NCBI RefSeq assembly: GCF_000981785.2
Contig: NZ_CP011304.1
Span: 4,020,001 to 4,052,000, forward strand
From: Microcystis aeruginosa NIES-2549
Lineage (GTDB): Bacteria; Cyanobacteriota; Cyanobacteriia; Cyanobacteriales; Microcystaceae
Length of the DNA: 32,000 nt
Reading direction: 5' to 3'
In this document: in pieces, positions 27,983 to 32,000 of the stretch
Numbering within the stretch: the first letter of the stretch is position 1
How the letters are laid out: each line of letters opens with the position of its first letter
Made by a program: the position numbers and the translations under genes
The notes under the pieces: model-generated
The model's input: only the letters and a program-made list of their open reading frames with translations
The model's database searches: none
Told to the model about the DNA's origin: nothing

Positions 27983-28142
27983 TTTTGCCTCCTGTCACCT
28001 TAAGGGGAGATAATTGCATCATCCGGCAAAAGTGGCCCAATCAGTAAAGTTTTTTCACTATAGTTCCTCAATCCCCTGTTTTTCTGGTAGATTAAAACCA
28101 TTGGGTTGCTCAAAAATCAACGAGTTAAGCAGTAATTTGATT

Positions 28143-29060
28143 ATGATCTCGATTATCTATTCCGATGAATTTCTCGATCACGATACAGGTATTTACCATC
28201 CCGAACAAGCGGCGCGTTTAACGGCAATTGTCGAGGCTTTAAAACAAACAGAATGGCAGTCAAAATTAACATGGCATTTACCCACACCGCTCGAAATTCG
28301 CGACGAAGTAATTCCTTTGATTAAACAAGTTCATAATCAAGATTATGTTGATAGATTGCGGCGAATTTGTCAACAGGGCGGAGGAAGATTGGATGCCGAT
28401 ACTCCCGTTTCTGCGCGTAGTTACGATGTGGCGTTACTAGCGGTTAGTGGCTGGTTAGATGGGGTAGATCGAGTTTTATCTACTGGCGATCCTGTCTTTA
28501 TTTTAGCCCGTCCACCCGGACATCATGCCACTTCTAATTATGGCATGGGTTTCTGTCTGTTTTCTAATGCTGCTATTGCCGCTTATTATGCTTTGGAAAA
28601 CAAAAGAGTGCAAAAAGTAGCGATTCTTGATTGGGACGTACATCACGGCAATGGCACCCAGGATATAGTCGAAAATCATCCCCAGATTGCCTATTGTTCC
28701 CTTCATCAATTCCCCTTTTATCCAGGCACGGGAGAAGCGAGAGAAAAAGGGGAGTTTAATAATGTTTTGAATATTCCCTTATCGGCGGGAAGTACGATTA
28801 AAGATTATCAAGAACATTTTGAGGGGCAAGTCATACCTTTTCTGAAAAATTTTCAACCGGATTTAGTGATTGTTAGTGCTGGATATGATGCCAATCAAGC
28901 GGATCCTCTGGCGGGAATTTGTTTACACCCACAAGATTATGGAATTTTAACCAAATACCTCTTAACTCTCAATAAACCGCTGCTTTTCGGCTTAGAAGGC
29001 GGTTATGATTTAGAAACTTTAGCGGCTTCCGTCGTCGCCACCTTAGAAGCTTTGCTCTGA
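28143..29060 (+). CDS. histone deacetylase-family (acetoin utilisation/acetylpolyamine amidohydrolase-like) deacetylase
   Basis: RPPGHHA, DWDVHHGNGTQ, SAGYD and EGGY motifs. I prefer the ATG at 28143 (MISIIYSDEFLDH) to the TTG at 28014 given in the ORF track. Confidence 0.85.
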   Translation: MISIIYSDEFLDHDTGIYHPEQAARLTAIVEALKQTEWQSKLTWHLPTPLEIRDEVIPLIKQVHNQDYVDRLRRICQQGGGRLDADTPVSARSYDVALLAVSGWLDGVDRVLSTGDPVFILARPPGHHATSNYGMGFCLFSNAAIAAYYALENKRVQKVAILDWDVHHGNGTQDIVENHPQIAYCSLHQFPFYPGTGEAREKGEFNNVLNIPLSAGSTIKDYQEHFEGQVIPFLKNFQPDLVIVSAGYDANQADPLAGICLHPQDYGILTKYLLTLNKPLLFGLEGGYDLETLAASVVATLEALL

Positions 29061-29175
29061 TCCTATTCCGGGTAATCGTTACATTTCTTTAAAAAGATTG
29101 GTAACAAAGTGATCTAATGCGGTAAGGTAAACGATCAATAGAAAAAAACCCTTGACCTAGTTGCTTTTTAAGATT

Positions 29176-30369
29176 ATGAACTCCCTTGCACCACACCTAA
29201 AAGCCAAAGCCCTCAAGTCCAATAGTCGTCGTCCTGCCAAAGAATTGTGCAGCGAGTGCGGACTTTGTGACACTTATTACATTCACTATGTTAAAGAAGC
29301 TTGTGCTTTTCTCAATCAACAAATCGCCGATTTAGAAGCAGCAGCACACGGCAAAAGTCGCGACTTAAATCAGGAAAATGATCTCTATTTTGGTGTTCAT
29401 CAAGATATGATGGCTGCCAAGAAAAAACAAGCTATTCCGGGGGCGCAATGGACAGGAATTGTCAGTACAATTGCCTGTGAAATGCTCAATCGTGGTTTAG
29501 TAGAAGGGGTGGTTTGTGTGCAGAATACCGCCGAGGATCGCTTTCAACCGCAGCCGATTCTCGCCCGTACCACTGAAGAAATTCTCGCCGCTAAAGTTAA
29601 TAAACCGACTCTTTCTCCCAATTTATCAGTCCTAGAAGAAATTGAAAAATCGGGCATGAAACGGTTATTAGTTATCGGAGTTGGTTGTCAAATTCAAGCC
29701 CTAAGAGCAGTAGAAAAAAAATTAGGCTTAGAAAAGTTATATGTCTTAGGAACTCCCTGCGTCGATAATGTTACCCGCTCAGGGCTGCAAAAGTTTCTAG
29801 AAACTACCAGTCGTTCCCCAGAAACTGTGGTTCACTACGAATTTATGCAGGATTTTCGGGTACACTTTAAACACGAAGACGGCTCGATGGAAATGGTTCC
29901 CTTTTTTGGCTTAAAAACTAATAAATTAAAAGATGTTTTTGCCCCTTCCTGTATGACTTGTTTTGATTATGTTAACTCCCTTGCTGATTTAGTTGTGGGC
30001 TATATGGGCGCACCTTTTGGCTGGCAATGGATTATGGTTCGTAATGATACGGGCAAGGAAATGTTAGAGTTAGTTAAAGATCAATTAGACACCCAAGATG
30101 TTATGTCTAGTGGTGATAGAAAACAGGCGGTACAAAATAGTATTCCTGCCTACGATAAAGGTGTAACCTTGCCGATGTGGGCGGCAAAAATGATGGGAGT
30201 AGTAATTGAAAAAATCGGGCCTAAAGGTTTAGAATATGCTCGCTTTTCTATCGATTCTCACTTTACCCGTAATTACCTTTATGTTAAACGTAATTATCCT
30301 GAAAAATTAGCGGCTCATGTTCCTGAATATGCTAAAAAGATTGTGGAACAGTATAAATTGCCCGATTAA
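29176..30369 (+). CDS. FrhB-family (coenzyme F420 hydrogenase beta-like) Fe-S flavoprotein; BciB-type 8-vinyl reductase / HCAR-like
   Basis: N-terminal Cys cluster (CSECGLCDTYYIHYVKEAC), GVGCQIQALR, GTPCVDN and PSCMTCFDY motifs typical of this family. The size is like cyanobacterial Slr1923-type proteins. The specific function is an inference. The ATG at 29176 is preferred to the TTG at 29161. Confidence 0.75.
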   Translation: MNSLAPHLKAKALKSNSRRPAKELCSECGLCDTYYIHYVKEACAFLNQQIADLEAAAHGKSRDLNQENDLYFGVHQDMMAAKKKQAIPGAQWTGIVSTIACEMLNRGLVEGVVCVQNTAEDRFQPQPILARTTEEILAAKVNKPTLSPNLSVLEEIEKSGMKRLLVIGVGCQIQALRAVEKKLGLEKLYVLGTPCVDNVTRSGLQKFLETTSRSPETVVHYEFMQDFRVHFKHEDGSMEMVPFFGLKTNKLKDVFAPSCMTCFDYVNSLADLVVGYMGAPFGWQWIMVRNDTGKEMLELVKDQLDTQDVMSSGDRKQAVQNSIPAYDKGVTLPMWAAKMMGVVIEKIGPKGLEYARFSIDSHFTRNYLYVKRNYPEKLAAHVPEYAKKIVEQYKLPD

Positions 30370-30470
30370 TTAGGGTATGCTGAAAAAGTAGGGGCGCAAC
30401 ATTCGGATAGGAAATCTACGGTTTCAGCGATGGGTTATCCCCCGAATGTTCACCCCTTCTTCGACAATCT

Positions 30471-30523
30471 CTTATCAGTTATCAGTTATCAGCTATCAGT
30501 TATCAGTGAGCAGTGAGCAGTGA
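30471..30523. repeat. (CAGTTAT)n / CAGTGAG heptamer array
   Basis: Read directly; same family as 9510-9584. Confidence 0.9.
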
Positions 30524-30573
30524 TTAATTCAATCATAGTCGATGGTGGTGGGTTACTGGACTAGGTAATAGGT

Positions 30574-30601
30574 GTAGGGGTAATTCATGAATTACCCCTA
30601 C
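30574..30601. repeat. 28-bp perfect palindrome GTAGGGGTAATTCATGAATTACCCCTAC
   Basis: Self-complementary. Same architecture as the palindrome at 5928-5955 (GTAGGG-N-ATTCATGAAT-N-CCCTAC). Confidence 0.9.
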
Positions 30602-30710
30602 AATAACGTTTGTCTGGATGTTGCTAAATTTTCTCTTGACAAAGGCGACTTGACATGATACTATATTCATAATGGAAAATCCCTGCGCCTACAGACCCTC
30701 TTTTCCAACG

Positions 30711-30871
30711 GTCTTAACTATGATTGATGTGATTATGTGATTGACTATGATTCGTTCATTCAATCAATCTTCATCTCTAATCCACTAGGGTTAGGCATTT
30801 ACTTTTCAGAAACTCTTAACTAGCTCCCTAGTCATAGTCCATCATTCAATCATTCCAATCATAGTTAAGAC
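30711..30871. mobile_element. MITE-like 161-bp element with perfect 16-bp terminal inverted repeats
   Basis: GTCTTAACTATGATTG (30711-30726) and CAATCATAGTTAAGAC (30856-30871) are exact reverse complements. The interior is rich in GATTG/CAATC-type short repeats. Confidence 0.65.
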
Positions 30872-32000
30872 AGCATCCTCAGATAATTATGATAAACGGT
30901 TTGGGTATGGGGATGATTTTCCCCTAATCTTTCCCTGACAATATTAATCGCTTCTAGAAGGAGAGGTTCCGCTTCTGTGTACCTGCCTTGGAAATAGTAC
31001 AAGTGTGCTAAATTGTTGAGGGAAAGTGCCACATGGGGATGATTGTCTCCTAAGTGGGTTCGAGTTGCGGTTAAACAATCTTGACAGTAAGGTTCAGCAG
31101 TAGCATACAATCCTTGTCCTTCATAATAACGAGCTAAACCCGTATAGGACCAAGCTAAATCCTCATCAGCGATATATTGGGGATATTCCCCGACAGATGC
31201 TTGTAGATGGAGAAGGAAAGGTTTAAATTCTTCAACGATTTCTATAGTGGGATTCTGTGGCATTTCTGCCGATTTTTTGGCCATAATCCCACAATAACGG
31301 CGTTTTGCTGGTTCTGCGTGGGGTGATGCTTCTAACTTATCCCGAAAATAGCGACGCAACAGGGGATGAATTTCATACCAACCATCACCCTTATCCTGAA
31401 CTAAACTCAGGTGAACTAAACTATCGGTTAACCATTCCTCCACTGTATCCCCATCCTCATCGGGAAATAAATCCAGAATCATCTCCTTGGGAAAGGGCGC
31501 AAGAGCGAATAAACTGAGATAAAGTGCCAAAATTTGCGCTTCTGGTTCGCTATGCAACTCCTCCCAACTGAGATTAAAGGCAGCTTTTAACCCTCTTTCC
31601 GCAGTCATTTCCCCATGAAACTTGGGATTTTTGTCTAAACTTGGCTCATCTAAGCCGTTTTCGGCTAATTTCTGCCGTATTTTGCTGATTTTCCAATCCT
31701 GTCGTCGTACCAGCAACCTTGCCACCAATTCTAACGCCAAGGGTAAATAACCTAAGTCCTGACATAATAATTTAGCTGCCTCGATTTGTGTGTCAATTCT
31801 GTTGTCTTTAAGGTAGGAACGCAATAAATCAAGTGCATCTTTTTCTTTTAAAACTTCTACCCGAAAAGTTGCAATTGTCGCTGATAAATATTCCTTGCGA
31901 GTGGTAATTAAAACCTGAAAGCGTTTCTCTTCTTGCGGTGGTAAATAATCCCTAATTTGCTGATAATCCCGCACATCATCAAAGATAATTAAGACATTTC
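30865..32000 (-). CDS. STAND NTPase, NB-ARC-like domain plus C-terminal TPR repeats (5' part beyond the right edge)
   Basis: The frame stays open upstream of the track's GTG to the window edge (..NVLIIFDDVRDYQQI, an hhhhDD Walker B). It continues through LITTR (RNBS-B-like), GLPLALELVA (GLPL motif), a winged-helix region, then TPR units (YYEGQGLYATAEPY.., LYYFQGRYTEAEPLL). Confidence 0.8.
   Translation of the reverse strand, partial: NVLIIFDDVRDYQQIRDYLPPQEEKRFQVLITTRKEYLSATIATFRVEVLKEKDALDLLRSYLKDNRIDTQIEAAKLLCQDLGYLPLALELVARLLVRRQDWKISKIRQKLAENGLDEPSLDKNPKFHGEMTAERGLKAAFNLSWEELHSEPEAQILALYLSLFALAPFPKEMILDLFPDEDGDTVEEWLTDSLVHLSLVQDKGDGWYEIHPLLRRYFRDKLEASPHAEPAKRRYCGIMAKKSAEMPQNPTIEIVEEFKPFLLHLQASVGEYPQYIADEDLAWSYTGLARYYEGQGLYATAEPYCQDCLTATRTHLGDNHPHVALSLNNLAHLYYFQGRYTEAEPLLLEAINIVRERLGENHPHTQTVYHNYLRMLS

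Overview
This is a cyanobacterial chromosomal window. The gene content, HIP1-like GCGATCGC sites, heptamer arrays and MITEs suggest a Microcystis-like genome, but that is inference only. Most of it is conserved housekeeping: an NDH-2 gene, plsC-like, metG, a NYN protein, a NurA-like protein, the str operon (rpsL-rpsG-fusA-tuf-rpsJ), glyQ, hemC, petF, ndhC-K-J, an alpha/beta hydrolase, an HDAC-family deacetylase and an FrhB/BciB-like reductase. Three accessory patches interrupt it. (1) 2.4-6.3 kb holds an HNH-less IscB relative (IsrB) with its upstream structured omega-RNA/HEARO-like leader. Directly downstream is an AT-rich, translationally coupled gene pair: a PD-(D/E)xK (HsdR-N-like) nuclease domain fused to a ParA-type ATPase, and a degenerate ParB-N-like protein with a Rho_N/SAP-like tail. 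A palindrome plus 16-mer tandem array follows the pair. I do not recognise this pair as a named system, and it is my top candidate for something undescribed. (2) 17.5-22.4 kb holds an apparently intact IS607-type element (serine-recombinase TnpA plus RuvC-intact TnpB), decayed pseudogenes, two Uma2 (DUF820) remnants in direct orientation and a PEP-CTERM protein gene between them. (3) The right edge holds a partial NB-ARC/TPR STAND NTPase whose stop codon lies inside the inverted repeat of a MITE-like element. Several dispersed repeat families recur in intergenic regions: (CAGTTAT)n heptamers, GAAGTGGGG repeats, 28-bp GTAGGG..CCCTAC palindromes, ATACTAAATCC-TIR MITEs and C6/G6 palindromes. No CRISPR array, rRNA or tRNA was seen. 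All product calls rest on motif recognition by eye, and no database search was run.
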